A stretch of 64,000 nucleotides of DNA. Origin: Lama glama (Eukaryota). Location: the NCBI GenBank assembly GCA_028534125.1, contig CM052817.1, positions 31,684,001 through 31,748,000 of the forward strand, in the 5' to 3' direction. The position numbers were made by a program, and so were the translations under genes. How positions within the stretch are numbered: position 1 is the stretch's first letter; each line of letters opens with the position of its first letter. Below are positions 1-13,439 of the stretch, piece by piece. The notes beneath the pieces are model-generated. The model was given only the letters and a program-made list of their open reading frames with translations. It did not search any database and was not told the DNA's origin.

Positions 1-1924
1 TTAAAAATTGCATATACATGTTTATTTTTATACTTGTAGCTTTAGTGAAGCTTACTTATGAAGAAAATGTCACAAACATTTATTTTAGTATAGAATCACA
101 CTATTCACAAAAATACGTTTGGAAAGTAGTAAATCCAGAATATTAGCAGGTTTATAATTTAATAAACTTTATCTTATAAAAATATCTTAAAACTTTAAAG
201 TTAATACATTATGAAGCAAAATAAAATGTTAGCTGTTCTTAAAATTTTACATATATCTCTGATACATAATATATATGTGTTCTGTTAATTACTGTATACG
301 TACTGTTTTCATAGTAGTCTTTATATTTTGATATATAATTATGTACAGATATTACTATGGCAAGTTTTATACATTTACACGTGAATTTGCATTTTTAGTA
401 TTTTACATAAACCAATTTATGTATTTGCTGCCTTTTGTTTTCTTTTAAGTATTTTTCCAGCTCTTAAGTGGTAAAGCTTTGGTTCTTACTTGCTGGTCTG
501 CATGAACCTAACTTTGCAAGGTTGCTGTTATTTCCACCTAAGCGACCACTTCTTTTGCCTTGTTACTATGCCAGTCACTATTTTTATATGCTTACTTGCT
601 ACGGCTGCATTATTGTGGATGCTGACATTCAAATATGAATATTATATGAGTTCTAATGTATTTTCATTTTGATAGTTATTACCAGTTTTTGACTTTTATA
701 CTTGGAAAATGTGAATAACTTAAAAAGTTTAAGAAAACCAGAGCATTGCAGAGGTTATGGATACATATCATTTTCTCAGTTTCTCCAGTTAAAAGAAGGA
801 ATGTTTGCCAGGGACAGAGATTTTCAAAAGACTAGTACCTTGCTTTCTAAGACAACTAGAGCACAGGTTTAGTAGAAAGTTTAATTTTCAGGAAAATGTA
901 GGAATTAGTGGTTCCGAAAAAAGGAAAGAGAAGGGAGAAAAACCCAAGATAGTATGCTGATTTAAAAACAGTAATAATCCTCAAACTTTCATTAGTATTT
1001 TTAAATGTTTACTTTCACAAGTATTATCTCATTTGAACCTCATAACATCCCATTTTTAATTTTTAAAGAGCAGAGACCCATATAGATTATAGGTACAATG
1101 TCATGTAACCAGAAAAGTGGCAAAAACCAAGCCAAATTACTCCCTCATCTCAACTCCTCCCTGAGTCTCCTGATTTCCTTCCAATCTCTGTTTGTATTAC
1201 ATCATGCTGATCTAACTGCAAATGAGTCAACATCTTGGAAAATATTCTTGGATGACTCTGTTGGAGCATGATTTGAGACTGAACTATAAATACTTTGTGA
1301 ATTACCACAAAAGAGTAAAATAGGTCAGTGTAACATTTATCCATTTGCTAACATTTAACTAAATGGAAGTATATTTTTGCACAGTGTACAGAGTATACTC
1401 AGAGAAGAGATGTATAGAATCAGTGTTCTACTCTGGACCTCTCACTGAAGAGGGAGTATCCAGGATGGTTGTCAGTTTATGCGTAGCTAGACTGCACTTG
1501 GGCCCATGGGGAAGGAATTCTCATCCAGATTTCACTAGGAACCAAAACACCAGAAGGTTACACTCGAATTTCACATAATTCTGAAACGTGAATTGAAATA
1601 AGTCATGCTAAATCTGTGTAATATAGGCTAATATAAGAAGGAATGAAATACTTGTAGAACTTCTGTTTAAGGATAAGTAGTACAGTGATGTTGAGTCAAT
1701 TATCACGAAGAGATTTTATAAATGTAGTTTTTCTGACTTTCTGGAAATTTTGATTGAATGTATGTGGGATGTGGACCCAGCATGTCTACTTTTAGAAGTG
1801 TGTCAGCTGACTCTGGGGCATGTTTAAGTTTGAGAACCACTGAATTAGACCTCACCTGTGGAGGATCTCGAATATTTAGTTTAAATCTCTGGACTTTATC
1901 CAGTAGTCAGTCACTTACATGTTT

Positions 1925-2440
1925 CTTAATTATTCAACAGATATTTATTGAGTGTATGTTATGTTCCAAGCACTGGGAATATAAATGTGAGTGAGACAGT
2001 AAATGTCCTTCAGTAGCAGGAACTGATAGGCAGGAATTGATGTGGAAACAGGAGAGACATTAACCTTGGCAGTATGAGGAGGTTTTCAGGAAATTATTGG
2101 AAGATTTCTCTGTCAGCACAGGAGGAATTGTCACACGGGGAAAGGAAGTATAGGTTTTCCCAACAGTAGGATCAGTAATAAAATCTTAAGAACGGCACCC
2201 TGATTATAGTGGGGTTTTTTTGTTTGACTAAAGTGTAAGTCACAGTTACTGGTTAGTGGGTCCAGTGACCAAGGATGAGAGATGTAGACGGTATAGATTC
2301 CGATGGGAGTTTTTTAATATCATATTAAGGAGTTTAGATTTCATCCTGTAAGCACGAAGAGCCATCATAGGCTTCTAATCAGAGCTATTAAGAAATTCAG
2401 TCTTGTAGCAATGTGGAGAATGGGTCAAAGTTCTAGAAGG
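1925..2440 (-). mobile_element. L2 LINE fragment
   Basis: attcaacagatatttattgagtg... is the reverse complement of the L2 3' end. Confidence 0.6.
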
Positions 2441-2889
2441 ATTTGGAGACTTTCAGTTTAACAACTGCACTTTATCATTTAAAAATGATTTTATTGTTAG
2501 AAAAGCAATCAATTTAAGATTGATAATTCAGATAAAAATTTAGTTTTTGTTCTTATTTGGGTAACATTATTTGACTTTGTTGGTATCTTATGAAAATGAT
2601 TCATTCTGTATCAAGCAAATTTTGAGTATACTGCCTGACCCTATTTGCAGTCTGATTCTTTGAATTAATGTTGGACAATTCTGTCTATAGATGCCATTTT
2701 TGTGACATCACCTATGAAACTTGAGGGATAAATAAGGTCCACTGGAGTCATTGTAGCTATTAATTTAAGATCTTTCCAGAACAATTGATTATAGATGATA
2801 TTTTATATTAAACCCTTGTTTAAAAAATTTTTTAATGGTTAATAGATACTGTGGATTGACTATGTTTGTACCGTTGGTTAACATTTGCC

Positions 2890-3355
2890 CTCATTTACTC
2901 CACTCCAATCAAGGTGACCTACTTTCTGTTCTTCAGATATACCAGGCACACTCCTCCCTCAGGTCCTTACCACTGCTTTTCTTTCTGTCTAAAATGCGTC
3001 CCCCAGATAACTGTATGTCTCCTTCCTCTCTTCTTTTAGATCTTTGAGCAAATGTCATCTCTGGGAAATATTTCCTTATCACAATATTTATAATTGCAAA
3101 TTAAATCCACTTCTTGCCCTCCTTTCCTACTTAATTTTCTCCTTAGCAGCTATCACCATCTGGCAGGCCATACATTTTACTCTCTATTTATTGTCTGTTT
3201 TCCCTTCCCTAGACTCTTAATTCCATGAAAGTAGGAATTTTGTTAATCTAGTTGGCTACTGAATCCATTGTTCCTAAAACAGTACCTGGAATAAGGTGGA
3301 TAATTAACTTTGAAATAATGAAAAAAAGCAGGAATGAATGAATGAGTGAATAAAT
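2890..3355 (+). mobile_element. L2 LINE 3' fragment
   Basis: Typical L2a 3' region ending in gaatgaatgaatgagtgaataaat. Confidence 0.65.
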
Positions 3356-4654
3356 GGAAATGTGAATGGCAGAAAGCATGTCTGAATAAATGTGTAAATG
3401 AAGAATACTCGATGATAACATCCTGTATTTCTGTGGGATAGATATGAGGTGTAATGCATTATAAAATTGATTTTTTTTTAAAGTTTGGAGAATTTTTTTG
3501 CTAGTCTGGCAATATATTTAACTTAAATTGGCTTGTTATTTAGCTGCAGTAATGTGTTGAGTGCTGTAGAATTAGAAATTAGATACATTTGTTACTTTTA
3601 AAAAATGTTTACTATCAGACAGTGACAAAATTCTATCATCATTGATAGGGTTAAGCAACAGAGGGAAAGAGAAATTCTACTTAAACTCTGGCTAGATTTA
3701 TGGTTGTGAGATCTCTTTTGGGAGATGGGGAACATGTAAATTCTAGAGGTATATGGAGTCCGACTTTCAAATCGGTAGAATGACATTTTAGAACCACTTA
3801 AGTAGGTGACTGCACTAGTAGGTGTGGGACTCATCAGTTCATTGGAGTCATAATGAGTTTTAACTCTCAATGGCTCTGAACTGCTCCTTAATTGCCAGTT
3901 TTGAGAGTTTCATTGCAGTTAATGGTGAAGAGTTTTGAAGAAAGCTTAGAAGTCCTCATTGATCACTGTAAAAAATACTCTGACTCATCCAAACCGCTCA
4001 ACCCCACCAATACACCCTACCCACTCCATAGGCATATGTGCACAGCCCAAACATATTGCTACCCAAAGTCTGAAGTGCAATTAGTTGAATTCTACAGCAA
4101 GATAATGTTGAACATATTAAAGTCACTAGATTGTGACTCCCTTGCAGACCTGCCTAGTTCTGAGTTTTCTTCTCCTTTTTGAGTATGGGGATTGCTATTT
4201 CACGTTAGGGCAATTCATCTAACAATAACTGCTTTGCCAAAGCCTGCTTTTTTTGCACTGAACAAGTACTACATTTATTTTTTTCTGTACTGTGTGCTTG
4301 TGTTCATCACTTTTACTTACTAGCTTTGTATTCTTTGCATCCTGTAGCATGTTTGCTGGTGGTTTGTTTTTCTTTGATATTTTAATTGGTTTACATATTG
4401 TAGATTTTCTCATCTTTAAGAAGCGATTTCTGAAAGTATGCACTTTGCACTAAGATTTCCATTCCCTTTCTTTTCCAACTTAATGCACTAAGCATCACTT
4501 TAAGATTTCTCTGCTTCTAGGATTCTAACATATTTTCACCTTATCTGTTCCTTAATAAGTTTCCAAGTTTGTATTTAAATATTCAAGTGTACAGAAGCTA
4601 TAGCCTTTATCTTGTCCTTGCAGGCAAATATTACAGTTCCTTATTTTTCAACAG

Positions 4655-4732
4655 CTTCGCAAAGGCTGAAAAATTTGCCTCGTACTTCTCTCAAAGCCAA
4701 ACAGTTGCTTCAAACTTCATCTACAAAAAGAG
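4655..4732 (+). CDS. SLAIN2: SLAIN2 alternative (cassette) exon, 78 nt / 26 codons, phase 1-1
   Basis: Acceptor ttatttttcaacAG (ends 4654) and donor AG|GTAACT (4733). Open in phase 1 as xSQRLKNLPRTSLKAKQLLQTSSTKR, and its final G joins the next exon's TA to give V-PSPGK. 26 aa matches my recollection of the long/short SLAIN2 isoform difference. Confidence 0.85.
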
Positions 4733-7700
4733 GTAACTACAACCTCTTACTAAGTTTTAAGTTTCAGCAAATAGCTCAAATTAGTTAAATCCTTTACCTT
4801 TTGGCATACTGAGTCAGTGATGTCTATACATAGAGCACGTTTTAGTCTTTTTTTTTTTTTAATAATAAAATGTGGACTCATTCTCTGTTACTTGGATAAA
4901 TCCAGAAGAAACTCATTTTCCACAGAGGTATGTATTGGGTTGCAATTCTGAAAGGAATAAGTGATATATAGCATTTAATGTTAGAGAATTTATCATTTTT
5001 CTTACTAACCTAAAACTGAAGGTCATTGTTTTAACTTTGTTAGGTAAACTAATAAATGCTTTAAAATGAACCTAATGTCAGACATTCTGTATGTAATGTT
5101 TCTTCTTCTGACTTTGGTTTTGGATTACTTATCTGTAGGATGGAATGGGAATGTTTTCATACTAGAAATTGATTGATGTTAAATCAGAGTTGTGATTAAC
5201 TTTATGGAGTGGCAGCTTTTGGAAGAAATCATAGCTGAATAAATACATGAAGGTTGACATCAAAGCTATCATACTGGTTCCAAGAGATTGGATGTATGGA
5301 CAGCTAGAAAGAAGTAGAATTGGGAGAAACAGTGGGGTTGAATAGACCGACAGTAATAAGGATGAATAGAAGCCTCCGAGGAAATGGGACAGTAAGGAAA
5401 AATATTTCCCTGATCCAGGACATGTAGATTTCCTGATAGCTTCAGAACTCAATAAATAACAAAGATATATAAGAAGGCTAAAGCACTAAAGGACATTATA
5501 TGGAAAGAAGATGCTTGAGATTTGAGTTGTTGAAAAAAAAAGATTTGGTTAATATGGTTACAAAAGTACTGAAATAGATTTTTTAGCAAGTTTATTAATA
5601 CACGTGTTTTAGCAATGATTTGGTTAGTTAGGTATAATTTAAGGAAATAGTTTCAGATAATAGAATCCAAAGAAAAGAGAATAGTCAAATAGAAAAATAG
5701 AATGTGTGAGTGTTTGTGTTTTGGGTATCAGAAGTTGATCGTAGGCTTCCAATAGGGATGTCTTGGTGCCACTGTCAGAAATAATAGATTGGATAGATTA
5801 TGCTCTTTTGATGGAGAAGATGACTTATTAAGGATTATTATAGAAAAGGGTTCTTAAATTATTTGAGGGCCTTAGGCCTCTTTTTTGAGACTTCCAGGTA
5901 TTTTTGAGTACTTCTAGGAGTAAAAGGTAGGTGAAAACAGATGATCATAAAAGGATTATAGTATCTACAACAGGGCAAGAGATAATTTTTAAAAAGTCGA
6001 GAATTTTAAATTTATACTAGTTTTATTTTTTGTATGCCTCTGTAAGCTGCTTCATAATCCTTTTTTGGCAGTAGGTTGGCTTAAATAGCTATACTTTTTA
6101 CTTAAAGATTTATGTTGCTATTTATTAGATTGAGAAAGTTATAACTGCTGGCTAATTTTATTTTTTTAGAGGGAGGGTTGCAGCTGGGCATGAGCCTGGG
6201 GAGGTTACATTTTTTGTGACTCTGAGCCACCTAACTGCCTACCTTCCATGATAAGATGACAGGAAAACCCCAGCCTATAATTCCTGGTACCTCTTGCTGT
6301 CCAGTTGACATGGTAAAGGGAGAGAAGTTTGTGCATGTGTGTGTTTGATTTTTGTTCTATTTTGTTTGTTTAATCTCTTACTTTTCTTAATCCAGACTCC
6401 CATATTTTCTGGTTGGTATTGTGGCTTGGTGATGATGATTTTACACTGTAAGCTCTGAACCAATTGAAAAATGGATAGTATATGATAGGATTTAAAATAT
6501 TAGTTTAATTACTGGTCAAGCTGAATTGGAGAATTATCTCTTGGGTCCAAGGTCAAAATGGATTTTCTAATTTCCCCTCATAGCTAGAGAGAGAGGGATC
6601 TGGTCTGCATTGGACTGTAGGATTCTCTGCTCTTGTAGGGATGCAAAACAGGGTTCAGATGCCAGGTGTTCATAGGTACTTCTGCACATTAAACCTATCC
6701 AATAGAGAAACATGGACTAGATAGCAAATTGTTAGATAAATCTGTTGTTCCTCATCCTGGGGATAAGCCTGCAACATTTTCTAGAAAGCTGATGTATTTA
6801 TTTTAAGGGCTCACAGGATCATGGGAAGAGAAAGAAGATGGATTCCTTAACTATTGGAAAAATGGTGCCTTTGATTTTAACTTAAGCATTTAGTAGTAGC
6901 TGATGTTTGAAGATGGGAAGGGAAGTAAAACTTGCCTCGCGCAAAGAAACACACCATAAACATTTGTTGAAAGAACACGAGGATGCCACTAACTGAAGAA
7001 AAGCCAGACACATCCATTTTTGCATTTTCTTCTTGCAGAGTTTTTGTGTTTCTTGAGCCCATTTTTCTCTTAGAGGAAAAGAATCCATTGTATGTTTTTA
7101 AGACTTCATAGAAGTGACTGATTAAACTGCTTTGATAGTTGTATTTTATTTATTCCCAGTTGTTGGGAACTCAGTGAAGAAGAGATAAAAAGGATAGAGA
7201 ACTCGCCAAGTCAGGGGAAGAATATGAAGACTAATTAGAAAAGTGAATGCAGAGATCAGGATATATTTAAAGATGGAAACATTTTTATTTAGAAGGAAAG
7301 AAGCAACTAAGGAGGAGTTGTTGATGGTAGTTGTCTAATACTGCTTTAATTCATGGTATTTTGAGATATTTAAGGTGAGATAAGCAGTGTTTATAAGAGG
7401 CCTTATTGATAGGAACTGAAAATGCTATTTGATATCAGACTATCTGAAAATAGAGAGAATCCAGGGATTTTATCATTACCCCGGATCCAAAATTGAAAAT
7501 TTCTTGTGTTCCCTCATCTATCAACTAACGAGTAGTTATTGAATCTGTATCATAAACAAGATTCATGCATTATATCCTTCTCTCTTTTTTTCCCCCTCTG
7601 TTCTAGCCCCTCTTTACTTTTTCTTCTATTACAGTTGTGATCAGAGGCGGCCTCTGCCATAAACTGTTAGATACAGTTAAAATGATGAGTTGCTCTCCCT

Positions 7701-8299
7701 CCCATGACTTTGCTATGTAAAATTGGAAAAATGGGAGAGAGGATGGAGGCTGTTCTTGGGGCTCCCTCCAAATACACAATTTCTGTTAGACCATTTCATG
7801 CTATTTTTGGAATGACAGTTGAATAGATTTTATTTACATTTAGACTGGCTAAGGTGTTTATGATTTCTAAGATTCTTTTTCCCTCTTTAGTTAAATCTTA
7901 ACTACATCTATCAGTTTCCTTTGCTGAGAAAATCCTAGATCAAAATTTTCTCCTCTCTGTAGTTTTTGCCTGTGTTAAGTATGAATTGCATAAAGACCTT
8001 AAACATTCTGTGGTCTTAAAAGATCACCTGATTTCATTTAACCTCATTTTTATTCCTCCGTAGCTTATAGATGAGGCAAATGCTGCTACCATTAGAGGAA
8101 ACACTACAGCTTTTGCGCTTCTTCATGTGCTCTCTAGTTTTCCCTCAACATATATACATTAACTTTGTTAAATTATTTCTCTCCGTATCTTGAGATTGTA
8201 GAAGCTTTTGACTTGTCCTTTCATAAAGACTAGTGCATTTATCTAAGAACTTAAGGATTAGTAAATTTAAAAGGATTTCTAATTTATAAATCTGTTTTT

Positions 8300-9465
8300 A
8301 AATCTTTGTTATTTTAAAACATAACACAAATTCAGAATATCGTATTATACAGAGAGAGCTTAATGAATTCTTGTAAGACCACCCCCTTGTAACCACCATT
8401 CATATCAGGAAACTAGAATTACTACCTCAAGATGCTCCACACCTATCTGCTTCCAAACACAATTCTCCCTTGACCCCCCTCTCCCAACAGTAGTCATTCT
8501 TCTTAATTTTTGTGGTAATTACTTCCTTACTTCTCTTTATAATTTTATCATCCAAGTAATGGAACTGTAGTTTTGCCTCTTTAATATATGTCTTTTTAAG
8601 TTTCTCTTAATTTATAGTTTTCCTTCAGCTCTTTACTCCTTACTCCCCTTCGTTGTTTGAAGAAACCACCATGTCAGTTGCCCTGTAGATGTTCTCAACA
8701 GACTGAGCTTTCTGTGGTGTCATTTATCAAGTTCTTCTGTATTCTTTATAAATTGGTAGTTATCTTGATTCTTGATTAGATTCAGATTTGTTATTTTTGG
8801 CAAGACTGGTTCATAGGTGGTGCTACTTCCTCAGGCAAAGGTACATAAAGTGGAGTTGAATCTTTCATGTGATGCTGGCAGGCAATGTCTATTTCCTTAC
8901 TTTCTAGATACTGCAAGAATTGGGTTATTTCAATTCCTTTTCAATAATCTATCAAAATGCTTGCATAAAGAGAAACTTTCTCTTTGGTTACTCAGCAGTG
9001 AAATTTTATCTCAGTACTTGTATTTACCCTTTGTTTACCAGTTTTCAAAATAAAAAATTGACAATCCTCCACAGGTGACCAATAGTTTTCTTAGATATAT
9101 ATCATTATGAACTTTCAGATTTAAACATTTTTTAAGGTGTTATGATCTCTTCTGGGTATTTGCCCAACTTTGGTAGAACCTATTTTAAGTCTTTTTAACA
9201 CAACCCTGGTAGTCTTTGATAATGTCTTGATAAGTGGTATGACAGGATAGGCTCATCTTGTACATTTCCTGCCACAGACCTGGATTTAATTATTTCTCAA
9301 AAAAAATCCTGGTTTCTTTTGGTAGGAATTGGATTTTCAAAACCAAAGTCTGTATTTTTTCTGTATTTGTTGCCTACTTTTCAGTCCTTTCCATCTTTCT
9401 TCATTTCTTCTTGTTCTGTAAAAGTTTCTTCTCATTGTTTATGTCTCTTAAAGCATAATCTATTG
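8300..9465 (-). mobile_element. Ancient L1 (L1M-type) fragments
   Basis: Degenerate T-rich antisense L1-like sequence (e.g. gtaaccaccattcatatcaggaaactagaa); similar sequence resumes after 10721. Confidence 0.5.
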
Positions 9466-10183
9466 TGTATGGTGACTTTTTTTTTTAATGTCCAAACTCA
9501 CCAAATTGTATACATTAAATATGTGCAGCTTTTTGTGTATCAGTTATAACTCGATAAAGCTTTAAACAAAGCAAAAACATCTTGCATAGAACTTGAAACA
9601 TAATAAGGATATAGTAACAATTTCCAGAAATGCCCAAGAAGCTGGTGAAAGAAAAACAGCATGATGACCTAAAATGAGGGCAAGTTTTGGAATAACATTA
9701 TATACACTTCCAATTTAAACTGTTGTGCAGCATAGAAAAAGATCAGTTTCCCAGTTCATTTTAAGAAGCCTGCATAACCTTGCCTCTAAAACCTTCTAAG
9801 GCTGAATAAAAAGGAAACCAAAGGCCAATGTCATTTGTGTGTATTGTTGCCAGAATTAACAAAATGTTGGTATATTGAATACCAAAAAAAAAAGATTAAA
9901 AAATCATGCTCCAGTATGTGTTTTATTAAATTTGAACTTTTAAGGAAGATATATAAAATTTGAGAATTTCTCACTGAAATTTCTTGCTATTAAACTTTCA
10001 AAATATTTTTGCAGTTACTGTCAGAAATGAAACTCTCACTTTTGTTTTTATTCCTTCAATCCCCTTGTGTTTGGAGATTACTACAGAGAAATTTAAAATT
10101 ACAATGAATCTTATTCCTTTGTCCTCTAAATAACACCTACATTTTGTATGCAAATATCTTCTTAACATGGTGAATTTTAAAAC

Positions 10184-10709
10184 TTTTTTTTTACATTTTT
10201 TATTGAGTTATAATCATTTTACAGTGTTGTGTCAAATTCCAGTGTAGAGCACAATTTTTCAGTTATACATGAGCATATATATATTCATTGTCACATTTTT
10301 TTCTCTGTGAGCTACCATAAGATCTTGTATATATTTCCCTGTGCTATACAGTATAATCTTGTTTATCTATTCTACATTTTGAAATCCCAGTCTGTCCCTT
10401 CCCACCCTCCACTCTCTTGGCAACCACAAGTTTGTGTTCTGTATCTATGAGTCTGTTTCTGTTTTGTTTTCGATTCCATATATGAGCGATCTCATATGGT
10501 ATATTTCTTTCTCTTTCTGGCTTACTTCACTTAAAATGACATTCTCCACGAACATCCATGTTGCTGCAAATGGTGTTATGTTGTCGGTTTTTATGGCTGA
10601 ATTATATTCCATTGTATAAATATACCACATCTTCTTTATCCAGTCATCTATTGATGGACATTTAGGCTGTTTCCATGTCTTGGCTATTGTAAATAGTGCT
10701 GCTATGAAC
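10184..10709 (-). mobile_element. Young 5'-truncated L1 3' end
   Basis: Poly(T) at ~10184, then well-preserved antisense L1 3' UTR/ORF2 end (minus ORF MWYIYTMEYNSAIKTDNITPFAATWM...). Confidence 0.9.
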
Positions 10710-11203
10710 TGTATGGTGACTCTTGTGTCCCTTCTATCTTAGACTTCATTTTGGAATGATTTATTTCATTTATTTAATTCTTGTCTGTGTTCCATCCCCT
10801 CACTTTTGAGTATTTTTCATTCTGCTTTATGTTCTTTCATATCTCATAATTTTCATCTTTTTTGATGTGTGTATAGTGGACATGATATTTGACAAGTTTT
10901 CACCATTGGTGGAAGTAGTATTCTATTCCTTACTCTCTCGTTTCTTATAGTAACTTTATGTGGAGTTTGTCCTCACTCTTTTTCTATTGCTCATTTTTCT
11001 GTGAAGTTGGTTTTTTATAAATATTTAGAAAGGGAGTTTTTAGATTTTCTAATTTATGGCCCTAGTGCTCCCTCTTCTGTTGTTTTAGGAAACTGCTCAA
11101 AAATATGGCTACTTATTTTCTGAGATTTCTTTCTTTTATTGCCCTCCTGTTTTAAAATTCATCCATTTAAAGTGTACAAATCAGTGGGTTTTTTTTTTTA
11201 GTA

Positions 11204-11422
11204 CAGTTGACCCTTGAACAACACAGGTTTGAACTGCATGAGTTCAATTACACATGAATTTTTTCACTAAATATATACTATAGTACTACTCAGTCTGTAG
11301 TTGGTTGAATCCACAGATGCAGAACCATGCATATAGAGGACCAACTGCAAAGTTAAATGTGGATTTTTCCACTGTGCAGAGGGTCAGCACCTGTAACCCC
11401 TGCATTGCTCAAGGGTCAACTG
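11204..11422. mobile_element. TcMar-Tigger MITE (MER8/Tigger2-like) nested in an older L1 3' end (~11145-11800)
   Basis: TIRs CAGTTGACCCTTGA...TCAAGGGTCAACTG with TA target duplication (11202-11203, 11423-11424). Confidence 0.9.
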
Positions 11423-13439
11423 TATATTCACAGAGCTGAGCAACTATTATCACTGTCTGATTTTAGAGTCTTTCATCACCTCATAAGAAACATCATACTT
11501 ATTACCATTCCTCACTCCTTCCAGTCTCTGAGAACCACTAATCTTTCTGTCTCTGGATTTGCCTATGCTGGACATTTCATATAAACTGAATCATACAATA
11601 TGTGATCATTGTCACTGACTTCTTTCACTTAGCATGATGTTACCAAAGTTCATCATATTGTAGCATATATTAGTACTTTGTCCCTTTTTATTGTTAAATA
11701 ATATTCCATTGTATGGACATAAGTGTATTTTGTTTATCCATTCATCAGTTGGTGGACGTTTGAGTTGTTTCCACTTTGTGCCTGTTGTGAATAATGCTGC
11801 AGATGTTTGCTGGTAACTTGTTTATTCTTATCTATCTTTTTGTATGTATTGAAGAAAAGCTAGTGAAGTGCAGTCCCAGGGGTTTCTTCTGCCTCTTATG
11901 TTTAACTTCTGCCTCTTACGTTTAACAAATCTTCTGTTGATAACATGCTTACAAAAATAATGGTAAGTAATGTACACTAGTGAAAGAAGAAATCAAAGGC
12001 TTCTATGCCTTGTTATTTTTCTTATGATTACTTACCAGCCAATACAAACTTAATATGTCTTGGTGTCATATTTATGAAACCTGCATAGGATAGTAGCCCC
12101 ACAAATAAACTTTCTGAGTCTAGTTGAAAATTAAAATGGTAAAAATGACATTTTAATTTCTATTCCCGGAGGTGTTTCTCTTTTCGTTCTTGGTAAAGAA
12201 CACCAATCTGGGAATCGGGAGACCTGGATTCAACCCCTGACTTTCCTGTTTACTCACTCAATTGCTCTCTGTGGTTGTGGCAATTTTCCTTCTCTGTAAA
12301 CTGGAACGTTTGGAGTAGTTACTAGTAACTCCTTCAGGAAGGATTCTTTAACTCTGTAATGAGACTCATATTCACTTCATCTCTGTGGTCTTTAGTACCC
12401 AGAAATTATTTTTAAGTCTTATTATGTAGTACCCTATTACCATCATATATGGTACACAGACCACTGAACAACTGGGATGCTGTAACTATACAGTAACAGA
12501 GTGTTGACAAGGAAGTACTTTTGTCCTTAGTCTTTATTTGTTAAATAACTGAATGGCCTATATATTTTAATAAATATTTTGCTCTCCATTAGTCATGGTG
12601 GCCAGTGTTTGCAATGTGTGTATTTTTATTGCGAACTATATTTACACTTTTAAAAAATTACACAATTAATGTAACTTACAGTTTGGCTGACATATGACTG
12701 AAGACAAGCACTTGAAGTGTGTTTTTATATTGTAAGATGGTTTTTAATATTGGGATATATTATTTATAAGACATTTCATATTCAGTGAATATTTATCAAA
12801 CTAAAAACAGTACACAGTTTACTCAGTCTCTTCAGTTTAGAGTTAATTGCCTGATGAATTATCTAAACCTTAATTTGAAAATAAATTTGTTGTTTTTATT
12901 AAATGCTTATTGAAAGACAAAAATGAATATTTTAAAATTATGAGTCTTCATATCACCCACCATTCCATTTGAGAGATGACTTAGACACCAAAGTTAACAT
13001 TCTTAGTCACCTGTCGGTTTTATAAATAGAATTCTAATTCTTGCTTGGAGCAGGTGACATTCTTTCATTTTGTGCCTTGATTCAAGTGTAATTCTCAATA
13101 ATCCAAAATGAGTAAAGAGAAATTATAGCATACTGTCATAATTAGTTTGGCAATAGAGCCTAATTTACTTAATCTCCCTATATTTTAGTTAATTTATAAA
13201 GACAGCTTAGGAGACTGCCTTGAGAGGCATGGTTGAATTTCTTTCCAGAGAAGTGAGCTGCAGCAGGCTGAAAGGCACCATATTCCTTAGATAAGGAAGG
13301 CATGACTATGATATGCCTTACAGTTCATATAATATTTTACATTTTACCAACAGTTTACCTACACATTACTCACTTGATGTTCACAGTTAACCTATGATAT
13401 TTGCTGAGATTTGTTTTATTAGATTTACATCTACAAATT

